DNA of 64,000 bases from the NCBI GenBank assembly GCA_035714365.1, contig DASTMB010000037.1, forward strand, positions 159,647 through 223,646, read 5' to 3'. This document shows, piece by piece, positions 28,001 through 36,314 of the stretch. The position numbers and the translations under genes are program-made. The notes under the pieces are model-generated. The model made no database searches. It saw only the letters and a list, made by a program, of their open reading frames with translations, and had not been told where the DNA came from. Within the stretch, counting starts at the first letter, position 1. The number at the start of each line of letters is the position of its first letter. This DNA is from Mycobacteriales bacterium (GTDB lineage: Bacteria > Actinomycetota > Actinomycetes > BP-191).

Positions 28001-28766
28001 GCGGCCCGTCGAGGCCGAGTTCGGCGAGGCGGGCCTGGATCTCCTCCGCGCGTTGCGAGAAGGCGCGCAGCACCTCGGCGGGGATGCCCTCGACCTCGGA
28101 CAGGCCGTTGCCGCGCACCGTCCAGGCGAGGCCGAGGTCGCGCACGTTGTGCCGGAGTTGGGAGCGGTAGAGCATCCCCGCGGTCTTGGCTTCCCGGAAC
28201 AGGGCGCGCCCGTCGACGGCGTACCAGCGGCCGTCACTGCCCTGCACGGTGTTCGCGGTGACGACGTGGGTGTGCAGGTGCGGGTCCCCAGCACGGGAGA
28301 CGCGGTGTCGGAACGCCGCGCCGACGAGGCCCCGGCCGGGTTCGACCGTGACCCCGTCCTTGCCGCGCCGGACGTGGCCGGCGTGCCGGTCGAGGTAGCC
28401 GAGCGCGGCGGCGACAGCGTGGTCATGCGCGGCGCGGATCTGCTCCGCGAGTTCGGGCTGCCCCAGCGCGGCGAGGAGGCTCAGCGACTTCGGGGCGTTG
28501 AACGTGAGGTCGTAGCCGCGGACCCGGCCGGCGCGGCGCTGCGCGAGCAGGTCCACGCCGGTGCCGGGCTGGTAGCCATCGAGGAGGGTACGCAGCGGGT
28601 CGGCGGTCACTTCCCCGGTGAGGCCGAGCTGGTGCCGGCCGGCGCCGACCCAGTAGCCGGGCGCCTCCCCGGCGCCGAGGTAGTACGCCTCGGTGGTGCG
28701 CGCCACCTTGTTCAGGTAGTAGTCCTCGCCGCGGCCGCCGGCGCCGAGGACCTGAATGCTCAACAT
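25095..28766 (-). CDS. MobF/TrwC-family relaxase fused to a C-terminal helicase (TraA/TraI-like conjugative relaxase)
   Basis: N-terminal Tyr pairs (EDYYLNK ... EAYYLGAGEAPGYWVGAG). Three-His motif GDPHLHTHVVTANTVQ. Helicase Walker A VVIGVAGAGKTHLLG and Walker B VIVVDEAGML. Long C-terminal region. Confidence 0.85.
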   Translation of the reverse strand: MLSIQVLGAGGRGEDYYLNKVARTTEAYYLGAGEAPGYWVGAGRHQLGLTGEVTADPLRTLLDGYQPGTGVDLLAQRRAGRVRGYDLTFNAPKSLSLLAALGQPELAEQIRAAHDHAVAAALGYLDRHAGHVRRGKDGVTVEPGRGLVGAAFRHRVSRAGDPHLHTHVVTANTVQGSDGRWYAVDGRALFREAKTAGMLYRSQLRHNVRDLGLAWTVRGNGLSEVEGIPAEVLRAFSQRAEEIQARLAELGLDGPRAAQVATLDTRRRKHPYDQHRLAADWQARADQLGFTAPTRYALLHRHHRAPVDRAQEQAAMLAPTGLTAAASHFHRRDVVQALCVARVDGDPIEAIEADAAAFLRHRDVVALRAVPDERHGDTRPPGHGETRYTTTDLLHLERTVITQAADRAHDGLGVVPAAVLGATLERHHLNPEQQLAAVRLLTGGAGVEVVIGVAGAGKTHLLGAVHDAWTAGGHHVVGAAVAARAAARLTDATGITTWTITRLLAELDDPRHGPMPPGSVIVVDEAGMLGSRDLAALHGYARRDQAKLVLVGDYRQLPEIDAGGLFRALAHRLAPVTLTRNMRQVHGWERAALGAIRDAAPPVVHAALDAYVDHGRVTVQPDVDAARDQLVTDWWTALHTTATSTGTPAARILAESPEAHVMLATRRRAVADLNTRARARLTDAGLLTGPDLVVTAGPLGERRFAVGDLVAARRNDYRNSGLLNGDLGTVTTVDPEAGTLTVTLPDGTHHQVSARYLRRGGLDHGYAHTLHRAQGLSAEHVFVDAAGDALYRESLYTTLSRGRQHTQLYATNPDRDHDTQLLRAEHHPPAGDPPPLTQLTTAATRSRAQRAALDLHDGGPGDNTTAVLRATHADHAADPHHSPAAADDADAAYRDHLRRQGITAERAARAGTAPHLTALGPPPTNNVTRRRTWRDAAGHIQTYRDRWHIPDTDHRPLGPAPTSADPPARHDDWHQARHALHQHRDATGAATPIDEDNRPLADATDDQLRAAVSRGDAAQRAMLPNRRAELAAAYTDAANAALDAAAGHEAIGHLRDQPRRQRLHPRRRRDHAHQLRAAQRRVQHATQRETAALQRAHALEAHEQQRLHHEHATAPERRAADQARDEINHRAHQRLTNIEHNPPRYLTTTLGPRPHDPYRRGIWRHAAHTIETYRLTHGITDPDQPLGPLDRANPEHPELAAVEHAQLLLRDDTARDLPEPLDR

Positions 28767-28886
28767 GGCCGAGCCTGTGGTGGCCGACGAGCTCCGCTGC
28801 GCTGCTGAACGTCACCCGCCGGTCCGGCGTCCGCTACCCGCGTCGCCGTGTCCGAAGCGCGGTGGCCGGCGGCGGGTGGTGTGGGC

Positions 28887-29188
28887 GGTTGACCAGCTCC
28901 GCGCGGTGCGCCGCCGCCGGCGTTGACCACCGCCCTGCCGGGGCCGGCATCGCCAGATGCAAGGGTGTACCGGGTCGGGCGGCCGAAGGCCGCAGCGATC
29001 GGGCGTGCCGGGGACAGGGCAGCGGGTGCGGTCGGCGGCGGCGTCCGGGTCGGCGGTGAGGGTCGTGGTGGCATGGCGGGCAGGGTCGGCGGCGGGGTTG
29101 ACCGGGCGTTGACCAGGGCGGCGCGGCGATCGATTCAGCGTGAGTCGGGGCATGCGAAAGCCGCCGCCCCGGGTTGACCAGGGCGGCG
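28887..29188. repeat. Iteron cluster of five GTTGACC(A/G)(G/C) repeats (two identical 16-mers GTTGACCAGGGCGGCG), plus one GATTCAGCGTGAGTC dyad variant at 29132-29146; candidate oriT region
   Basis: Direct repeats at 28887, 28922, 29098, 29108 and 29171. Located immediately upstream of the relaxase start, between relaxase and ssb. Confidence 0.5.
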
Positions 29189-29209
29189 GCTCTCGTCGCG
29201 AGGGTGCGG

Positions 29210-29644
29210 CTACGCGGCAGTGGGCTCCCGCCGCGTCTCGGTCCCGGCGGCGGGCTGCGTGGTGTGCTGGTCGGCACCGGCGCGGGTGCTGCGCTGGATC
29301 GTCACCGTCGCCATGCGCAGCGACGCGGCGACCTCGTCCGCGTCGATCTCGTACCGGTACTGCTTCACACCGTCCTTGTCGTCCCAGGACCGCTGCACGA
29401 GCCGCCCGTGGACGACGACGCGGCTGCCGCGCTCCACGGACTCGGCGACGTGCTCGGCCAGCGCCCGCCACGCCACCACGTCGATGAACGTCGTGTTCGC
29501 GTCCTTCCACTGCTTGCTGTTCGCGTCGTAGTACCGCTGCGACGACGCGAGGCGGAACCGGCACCAGGCGTGCCCGCCCGGCGTGTAGCGCAGGTCCGGG
29601 TCGGCCACAACGTTGCCGGTCATGGTGATGCTGCTGTCACTCAT
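29210..29644 (-). CDS. ssb: Single-stranded DNA-binding protein
   Basis: OB-fold SSB signature: TGNVVADPDLRYTPGGHAWCRFRLASS ... DVVAWRALAEHVAESVERGSRVVVHGRLVQRSWDDKDG. Confidence 0.85.
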   Translation of the reverse strand: MSDSSITMTGNVVADPDLRYTPGGHAWCRFRLASSQRYYDANSKQWKDANTTFIDVVAWRALAEHVAESVERGSRVVVHGRLVQRSWDDKDGVKQYRYEIDADEVAASLRMATVTIQRSTRAGADQHTTQPAAGTETRREPTAA

Positions 29645-29714
29645 GGCTGTGCTCCTTCTCCTGTGGGGTGCCGGGGCGGGCGCCGTGCCTGCCCGCCCCG
29701 GCCGGCGGGGTCGG

Positions 29715-31523
29715 TCAGGCGACGCGGCGGGACCGCGACGCCCGGGTCGGCTTGCTGGTGCGCTTGGGGTTCTGCGGCTTGGGCTGCTGCCGGGTGCCGG
29801 ACTTGCGGTTGCGCCGCTTCGCCAGCGACACCGGCTCGGTCGGCTCCGCGTCCGGCTCGGCCCCCGGCTTGTCCTCGGTCGGCTCCGGCTCGCTGCCGGG
29901 GTCCGCGTCGGGCTCGGGCTGCTCGTCGCCGGTCCACGTCCGCGCGTCGTCGCTGCCCGCGTTGGCGGCGGTGGTGCCGTCGGGGTCCGGCTGCTCGGCG
30001 GGACCGTCGATCAGGGCGCGCTCGGCCGGGCTGGGCTCGTAGCCGAGGGCGGTGAGGAGGTCGAAGTGGCGCTGCTCCTGGGCGTCGAGTGCCCGCACCG
30101 GATAGTAGGTGCCGCTGGGCACCCACTTCTCGACCAGGGCGAAGCACACCGCGAGCGCGGCCCGCCACAGGTTCTGCTTGCTCACCTGCGCGTAGGTGAC
30201 GAGCGGTTCGGCGTCGTCCTCGTCCGGTTCGGGCAGGCCGAGGAGGGAGCGCGCGTCGGTGCTGAGGTCGTACTCGTTGGCGTAGCCGACGATCTGCTGC
30301 GCGACGTGCTCAGTGACGAGGGCCTGCGGCGGCTTGCCGGTGGTGAGCAGGGTGCAGACGAAATCGGCGCGCCGCTGCTTGGCGGCGCGCAACTCCTCCC
30401 GCTGCTGCTCCCGGCGGGTCTGCTCGGCCTCGCGCTGGGCCTGCTCGGCCTCGGCCTTCTCGCGCTGCGCCTTCTGCTCGGGCGTCTCCTCGGCGGGGAC
30501 CGCCTTCGCCTTCCCGTTCACCGTCGCCGCGCTGCTCGCGCCGTCGGCGGCGGCGGTGCTGGCGGTGGCGGGCTGGTGGCGGGTGGGGTCGGTGCAGACG
30601 TAGACGACCTGGGCGACGCTGCTGACGGTGGCGGCGTGGCAGGGCTCGCTGGCGTGGTCGTCCACCGCGACGTTGACCTGCCCGGGGAGGCTGCCCAGCG
30701 GCTTCTCGGGCCGTCCGCTCCACGTGCCGTACGGCGGGTACGGCACGAGGGTGAGGTTCTGCTTCTTCAGCGCGGCGATGGTCTTGGCGACCCTGCGCTC
30801 AGCCTCCTCGTCGGCGACGGCGTTGCGCGCGGCGTTGACGATGTAGCCGCGCCCGGCGTTGAACGCCTTGAGCAGACGCGTCTGGTCCTTGATGCGGGCG
30901 AGTTCGAAGCCCTCCTCGAAGGTGATCTGCTCCTTGATGAGCGCGGCGAGCACGTCGTCGGGGAGGCGGAGGATGGACAGGCGGCGCTGGACGGAGGGCT
31001 GCGAGAGGCCGACCAGGGCGGCAATGTCCTCCTGCTTGCGGATGCCGTGGTCCTGGGCGAGGGAGGCGAGTTCGCGGGCCTCCTCGACCGGCGTGAGGGC
31101 CTTGCGGTGCAGGTTCTCGGCGATGCGGTCCACGTCCCTGGCGAGCGTGTCGGCGCCGTCGATCACTTCGCAGGTGGCGGTGGGGATGTTCGCAGCGGTG
31201 AGGGCGAGGTAGCGGCGCTCCCCGAACACGATCAGGTAGCCGCCGTCGGGGTCGGGCTTGACGCGCAGCGGCGTGAGCAGTCCGTGCTTCGTGATCGACG
31301 CGGCGAGGGCGGCGATGTCGCCGTAGTCCTCCCGCTTGTTCTTCGGGTCGGGGTGCAGGTCGCTGAGCGGGATCTGCACGAACGTCCGCTCGACCGGCTG
31401 CGCGGGCGGGGCGCCGTTCGGGCTGGTCGCGCGGGTCTTGCCGTTGGCGCGGGGCGTGCCGTTGCTGCTGGTGGTGCCGTTGGTGTTGGTCTTGCTGGGT
31501 CGGTTCTTGGTGGTGGTCGCCAT
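29715..31523 (-). CDS. ParB-like nuclease-domain (ParB/Srx) protein with a long acidic, Pro-rich C-terminal tail
   Basis: ATG at 31523 with AAGGAGAA RBS. ParB N-domain IPLSDLHPDPKNKRE ... LLTPLRVKP ... IVFGERRYLA. Mid-protein coiled-coil segment (EQKAQREKAEAEQAQREAEQTRREQQREELRAAKQRR). Acidic C-terminus. The upstream 170 codons of the track ORF are Arg/Pro junk. Confidence 0.75.
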   Translation of the reverse strand: MATTTKNRPSKTNTNGTTSSNGTPRANGKTRATSPNGAPPAQPVERTFVQIPLSDLHPDPKNKREDYGDIAALAASITKHGLLTPLRVKPDPDGGYLIVFGERRYLALTAANIPTATCEVIDGADTLARDVDRIAENLHRKALTPVEEARELASLAQDHGIRKQEDIAALVGLSQPSVQRRLSILRLPDDVLAALIKEQITFEEGFELARIKDQTRLLKAFNAGRGYIVNAARNAVADEEAERRVAKTIAALKKQNLTLVPYPPYGTWSGRPEKPLGSLPGQVNVAVDDHASEPCHAATVSSVAQVVYVCTDPTRHQPATASTAAADGASSAATVNGKAKAVPAEETPEQKAQREKAEAEQAQREAEQTRREQQREELRAAKQRRADFVCTLLTTGKPPQALVTEHVAQQIVGYANEYDLSTDARSLLGLPEPDEDDAEPLVTYAQVSKQNLWRAALAVCFALVEKWVPSGTYYPVRALDAQEQRHFDLLTALGYEPSPAERALIDGPAEQPDPDGTTAANAGSDDARTWTGDEQPEPDADPGSEPEPTEDKPGAEPDAEPTEPVSLAKRRNRKSGTRQQPKPQNPKRTSKPTRASRSRRVA

Positions 31524-31606
31524 GGTGGCGTTCTCCTTGGTGAGAGTGGGTTGGGTGGGGTGGCGCGCGGGTGGCGGCGGTGCGCGGGCGGTTCGGCGGG
31601 GGCGGG

Positions 31607-32545
31607 TCACGGCGTCGCCTGGGCGGTGAGGGGGTCGGTGGGGGTGCCGGTGGTGGCGGCGATGCGGTCGAGGACGGCCCGGGCGGTGGTGGTGACGGCG
31701 CGGGCGCTGGCGGCGAGGACGTCGAGGTCTCCGGCTGCCCACTGCGCGACGTAGGGGAGGGAGTAGTCGTCGCTGGGCAGGCCGCTGGCGTGGCAGACGA
31801 TGTAGGCGACGGACTCGGCTTCGACCTCGCCGCGTTCGCGGGGGGTGGTTCCCTCGGCGTGCAGGAGGACGTGCGCGAGTTCGTGGGCGAGGGTCTTGCA
31901 CGCCTGGGCGGCGCTGAGGTCGGCGCGGACCCGGACTTCGCGGGTGGCGAAGTTGGCCCACCCGTTGGCGTGGCCGCAGTCGCCGCGATTCAGCGCGTAT
32001 CCGGCGTCGCGGATCTGCGCGGCGAGGGCGTCCCACAGTCGGCCGGGGTCGGCGCCGTCGAGGAGGAGCGGCGGCACGTCGGGGATGGGGTCGCCGTCGG
32101 TCTGCGACACGTCGAACACGTAGGCGATGCGGAAGCCGCGCAGCCGTCGGCGGGGCGGGGTGGCGTCGGGCCTCTCGCCGGTGCTGGCGCTGGGGGTGCT
32201 CTGGTCGTCGTCGGGCTGGTCGATCCGGTACCGCAGGGGCGCGAAGATCGCGATGCCGCGCTCTCCCTTGCGGACCTGCCGTCCGACGCGCTGCCAGGTG
32301 CGGTATCCGGCGACGCGGGTCGCGTCGGGGCGCTGCATGACGATCAGGAGGAGGTTGTGCAGCGAGTAGTCATGGAACCGGGCGGCGGCGGTGAGCATCG
32401 CCTGCCACTGCTGGCCGTGGACTAGCCCGGCGACGCGTTCGGTGAGTTGCTCGTGGAGGGCGGCGATTCGGTCCGAATCGCGAACGGCGGCGGCGACGCG
32501 TCGGCCGCGCTGCGCGGCTCGGGCGCGGGTTGTGGTGGTAGCCAC
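31607..32545 (-). CDS. ArdC-like antirestriction protein (N-terminal ssDNA-binding ArdC domain + C-terminal zincin-like metallopeptidase domain)
   Basis: FHDYSLHNLLLI (ArdC-N). HELAHVLLH HExxH motif in the C-terminal domain. Confidence 0.75.
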   Translation of the reverse strand: MATTTTRARAAQRGRRVAAAVRDSDRIAALHEQLTERVAGLVHGQQWQAMLTAAARFHDYSLHNLLLIVMQRPDATRVAGYRTWQRVGRQVRKGERGIAIFAPLRYRIDQPDDDQSTPSASTGERPDATPPRRRLRGFRIAYVFDVSQTDGDPIPDVPPLLLDGADPGRLWDALAAQIRDAGYALNRGDCGHANGWANFATREVRVRADLSAAQACKTLAHELAHVLLHAEGTTPRERGEVEAESVAYIVCHASGLPSDDYSLPYVAQWAAGDLDVLAASARAVTTTARAVLDRIAATTGTPTDPLTAQATP

Positions 32546-32953
32546 GAGTGGAGTCCTCCCGTCACTGGGCCTGCGGACCGGGTGTGGAGGCGTCCTGACG
32601 GCCGCCTCAAAAACCGGGTCTCCCGACGCAGCAGTGGGGCGCGGGCGCAGGGGCCCCGGGCAAAGGACGGCCGGAGGCCGAGGCGCGGCGAAATAAGCGG
32701 AGCCGGCCGAGGGCCGGCGCAGCGCGTCGCGCCGGTCCTTTGTCTGGGTGGGGCGCCCGTGCCACGCTGAGGCGGCGGGAGAGCCGGTTTGAGGGCTCTT
32801 TCAGCGCCGCCCGTAGGGCGGCTCCACATTGCCCCGCAGGGGCCGCCGCCGCAGGCGGCGCTGCTCTGTTCGGGTGGTTGTCGGGAGCTGCCGCGACATT
32901 GCGTGCCGCGTCGGCGAACCCATCACGGCGGCGGGACCGCATTCCGGCCGCTG

Positions 32954-33000
32954 CTGGTCAACAGGTGGTCAAAGGCCGGTCAATGGCTGGTCAATGGCTG
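32954..33000. repeat. Array of (C)TGGTCAA repeats, the reverse complement of the GTTGACCAG iteron, including an 11-bp tandem GGTCAATGGCT x2
   Basis: CTGGTCAAC, TGGTCAAAG, then CGGTCAATGGCTGGTCAATGGCTG. Same motif as the 28887-29188 array but inverted; sits upstream of the LysM/BTAD gene. Confidence 0.5.
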
Positions 33001-33093
33001 TGGGGACGCTCGCGGTGAAAGGAATCCGCGGCTGCTGCGTGTGGTCGTACGGGCGCCGGCTAGCGCGGCAATAGGTGTTACGGGGGAACAGAC

Positions 33094-36000
33094 ATGAGCG
33101 GGTGGCGTAGGTCTCGGTATGCCGTCGCGGCGGCGCCGGCTCGGCGTCGGTCCGGGCCGGGGTTGCTGGCGTGGCTGCGGCGGCTGCTGCGGGCGCTGCT
33201 GTCGCTGGCTGGGCTCACCGCACTAGCTGGGGGCGTGCCGGTGGCGTTGTGGCGGGTCGCCGGCTGGCCGCTGCCGCACCGGGTACCGGCGTGGGCGGCG
33301 CTGCGCCGGGGCCTGACCGAGCCGGTCGACGACCGGGTGCTGCTCAACGTGATCGTCGTCGTCACGTGGCTGGCGTGGGCGTACCTGCTGGTGACGATCC
33401 TGGTCGAGATCGCCGCCGCGGTGGCGCCGCGCCGAGTTCGCTGGCATGTCCCCGGCCCCGGCGCGGTGATCGCCCGCCGGCTCATCTCGGGACTGCTCGC
33501 CGCGTCCGCGGCGGTGCCGGTGGTGGCGCTGCCCGCATCCGCCGCCGCCCCACCGGCGCGCCCACCCGCCGCGACCAGCGTCCTCAACGCCGCCGCGCCG
33601 ACCGCCGGCCCCTCCACCGGCGCCGCGGCGCGGCCGGACACCTACACCGTCCGCCCCGGGGATACCCTGTGGGGCATCGCCGCCCACGAGCTCGGCCCCA
33701 CCTCGTCACCGGCGCAGGTCGCGGCGCGCTGGCCCCGCTGGTACGCGGCGAACCGCGGCCGCCCCCAACCCGCCGGCGGCGGGGCACTCACCGACCCGAA
33801 CCGGCTACTGCCCGGCTGGCAACTCCGCGACCCCGACACCCCCGCCCCACACCACACGCCGCCGGCGCGGGCGACCCGCCGCCGCACCACACCGCCCCCC
33901 TCCCCGGCCCCGGCCCCGGCGCCGCACCGCCCGGCGGCCCGGCACACCCCGCCACCCGCGGCGCGCCCCGAGCAGCCCTCCACGCCCGCCGACGCGGCAC
34001 CGACGCGGCACTCCGGCCGCCCCGACGACCAGCCAGCGAACCGGTCGGCGATCCCCGCCGCCCTCGTGCCGATCGGCGGCAGCGCCCTGTTCGCCGCCGC
34101 GGTCGTCTCCACCCTCACCCGGGCGCGACGGCGGCGCGGCGCCCCCGCGCTGCCCGCCCCGCAGGCGGCGGCGCGGCTCGAAACCCTGCTCCGGGTCGCC
34201 GCCGAACCCGACGACCTCACCGACCTGCTCCGCGCCCTCGACCTCCTCGCCGCCCGCCTCGCCGACACCACCATCGACGTGCCACCGATCCTCGGCGCCC
34301 GGCTGCGCCCCACCGCCGTCGACCTACTCCTCGCCGCCACCCGCACCGACGCACCCGCACCGTTCCGCCCCCTCGACGGCGGGCGCGTCTGGACCGTCCG
34401 CCGCACTCAGCTCCCCGCCGTCCGCGACGACGCCACCCCCTGCCCACTACCCACGCTCGTGCCCGTCGGCCGCGACACGGACGGGCTCGTGCTGCTCCAC
34501 CTCGAACACGCCGGCGCCGTCGCGGTCACCGGCACCCCCGACGCGCGGCGACGCCTGCTCACCAGCATCGCCGCCGAACTCGCCGTCGCCCCCTGGCCCA
34601 CCTGGGTCGACGTCACCACCCTCGGCCTACCCCGCGACCTCACCCGCCTCGACCCCGAACGCCTCCACCCCGCCACCACCCTCGACGAGCCGACGCTGCG
34701 CACCCTCACCGCCGCCGACACCCCCACCAGCACCGACCCGGAGGCGCCGGCCGCCGCCCGTATCCGCGCCCCCTGGCAGGACCGCCCCGCGCCCCGCGTC
34801 CTCCTCGCCGCCACCCCACTACCCGAAGCCGCCCTCGCCGCGCTCGGCGAGCACGCCACCCGACCCGGCTCCACCCTCACCGCCCTGACCGCCGGCGAAT
34901 GGCCGCACGCCCGCTGGACGTTCCACATCGACGACGACGGCACCCTCACCGTCCCCGAACTCGGCCTGCGGCTCCACGCCGTCACCGTCACCACCACCCG
35001 GCTCCCGCAACTCGCCGAACTCCTCGAGAACGCCCGCGCCGCCACCACCGACGACGACGACGAGGACCCGCGCGCACCCGCCGCGGCCACCAGCACCCCC
35101 GCCGACGACGCCGGGCAGGCGCCGCCCGACCCGGCCGCAGTCGACCCGGACCCGCAGCCCGCGCCGCCGCAGACCAGCCCCGCCGATTCAGCCCGAATCG
35201 ACGCGAACCCCACCCCCGCCGCCACCACGACCGCGGCCCCCGCCGCCACGGTCACCGACCCGACCCCCGCCGCCGGCCACGCGGTCGACGGCACCGCCGC
35301 GTTGGCCCTCGCGGACCCGGGCGACGACCTCGACCGCGCCGTCGCCGCCTACCTCACCGCCGCGCCCGGCACCGTCCAAGTCCGCGGCTTCGCCGGCCCC
35401 GCCGTCACCGCCCCCGGCACCATCGAATCCCGCCGCGTCGCCACCCTCACCGAACTCGTACTCCTCCTCGCCGCCAACCCCACCGGCCTCTACCCCACCG
35501 ACATCGCCGCCGCCCTATGGCCCGACCGCACCGTCAGCTCCCAAACCATCAGCGCCACCCTCTGCCGCGCCCGCGGCTGGCTCGGCACCGCCACCGACGG
35601 CACCCCACACCTCCCCCCGGCCGGCGCCGGACGAGTCCGTCTCTCCCCCACCGTCCTCGTCGACTGGCAGCTATTCACCGCCCTGGTCGACCGCGCCCGC
35701 CGCCACCCCGACCGGGCACCCGCCGACCTCACCACCGCCCTGCACCTCATCAACGGCGGGTTCCTCACCGACCGCCCCGACGGCCGCTACCACTGGCTCA
35801 CCGACACCGACCTCGAACACACCCTCCCCGCCGCCGTCCTCGACGCCGCGCACCAACTCGCCCGCCACCACCTCGACACCGGCAACCCCGCCGCCGCCCG
35901 CGATACAGCCCGAATCGCGCACCGCGTCGACGACTGCGACGAACGCCCCTGGCGCGACCTCATGGAAGCCGAAGCCGCCCTCGGCCACCCCCAGCGCGTC

Positions 36001-36117
36001 GCCCAACTCCGCGACCAACTCATCCGCCACCTCGACTACGAAGTCGAAGAAGACCTCACCCCTGAAACCGTCCAACTCCTCGACCGGCTCCTCCCACGCG
36101 GGCAGGCCGGCGCGTAG
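33094..36117 (+). CDS. Large membrane protein with a LysM domain and a C-terminal BTAD (SARP-like bacterial transcriptional activator) domain
   Basis: RBS GGGGGAA before the ATG. TM helices near the N-terminus (LLNVIVVVTWLAWAYLLVTILVEIAAAV). LysM (YTVRPGDTLWGIAAHELG). Pro-rich linker. C-terminus resembles AfsR/DnrI-type BTAD helices (WQLFTALVDRARRHP ... LHLINGGFL ... RDLMEAEAALGHPQRVAQLRDQL). Confidence 0.65.
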   Translation: MSGWRRSRYAVAAAPARRRSGPGLLAWLRRLLRALLSLAGLTALAGGVPVALWRVAGWPLPHRVPAWAALRRGLTEPVDDRVLLNVIVVVTWLAWAYLLVTILVEIAAAVAPRRVRWHVPGPGAVIARRLISGLLAASAAVPVVALPASAAAPPARPPAATSVLNAAAPTAGPSTGAAARPDTYTVRPGDTLWGIAAHELGPTSSPAQVAARWPRWYAANRGRPQPAGGGALTDPNRLLPGWQLRDPDTPAPHHTPPARATRRRTTPPPSPAPAPAPHRPAARHTPPPAARPEQPSTPADAAPTRHSGRPDDQPANRSAIPAALVPIGGSALFAAAVVSTLTRARRRRGAPALPAPQAAARLETLLRVAAEPDDLTDLLRALDLLAARLADTTIDVPPILGARLRPTAVDLLLAATRTDAPAPFRPLDGGRVWTVRRTQLPAVRDDATPCPLPTLVPVGRDTDGLVLLHLEHAGAVAVTGTPDARRRLLTSIAAELAVAPWPTWVDVTTLGLPRDLTRLDPERLHPATTLDEPTLRTLTAADTPTSTDPEAPAAARIRAPWQDRPAPRVLLAATPLPEAALAALGEHATRPGSTLTALTAGEWPHARWTFHIDDDGTLTVPELGLRLHAVTVTTTRLPQLAELLENARAATTDDDDEDPRAPAAATSTPADDAGQAPPDPAAVDPDPQPAPPQTSPADSARIDANPTPAATTTAAPAATVTDPTPAAGHAVDGTAALALADPGDDLDRAVAAYLTAAPGTVQVRGFAGPAVTAPGTIESRRVATLTELVLLLAANPTGLYPTDIAAALWPDRTVSSQTISATLCRARGWLGTATDGTPHLPPAGAGRVRLSPTVLVDWQLFTALVDRARRHPDRAPADLTTALHLINGGFLTDRPDGRYHWLTDTDLEHTLPAAVLDAAHQLARHHLDTGNPAAARDTARIAHRVDDCDERPWRDLMEAEAALGHPQRVAQLRDQLIRHLDYEVEEDLTPETVQLLDRLLPRGQAGA

Positions 36118-36219
36118 CGCGCAGAACACGGCTGCCAGGCTGTGGGCGCGCGCTGACGCGTTCGTGCAAACCCGCTGGTTCGGATGGAGTGTGGTGTTAG
36201 GCCGCGCGGTGAGATCCAA

Positions 36220-36255
36220 CATATCGGTACGCGGTGACGCGCGACCGCCGATATG
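36220..36255. promoter_or_regulatory. Inverted repeat CATATCGG-N20-CCGATATG in the lower-GC leader of the DUF3800 gene
   Basis: 8-bp arms; lies about 60 nt upstream of the TTG start at 36315. Confidence 0.35.
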
Positions 36256-36314
36256 TCCGATATTCCTGCAATACTCTGCGGTTCTGGCGCAGTAATTAGG
36301 AACTGAGGAGACCG

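Noticed and set aside
25613-28808. Long ORFs (499 aa minus, 652 aa plus) overlapping the relaxase gene
   Set aside because: Thr/Pro/Ala- or Gly/Val-rich low-complexity frames. The relaxase frame carries the YY and HxHTH motifs.
29613-31754. 713-aa plus-strand ORF antisense to the ParB-like gene
   Set aside because: Gly/Ala/Arg-rich. The ParB frame has a recognisable N-domain and RBS.
33171-36065. 964-aa +2 frame ORF overlapping the LysM/BTAD gene
   Set aside because: Almost pure Arg/Pro/His. The 33094 frame has TM helices, a LysM motif and helical repeats.
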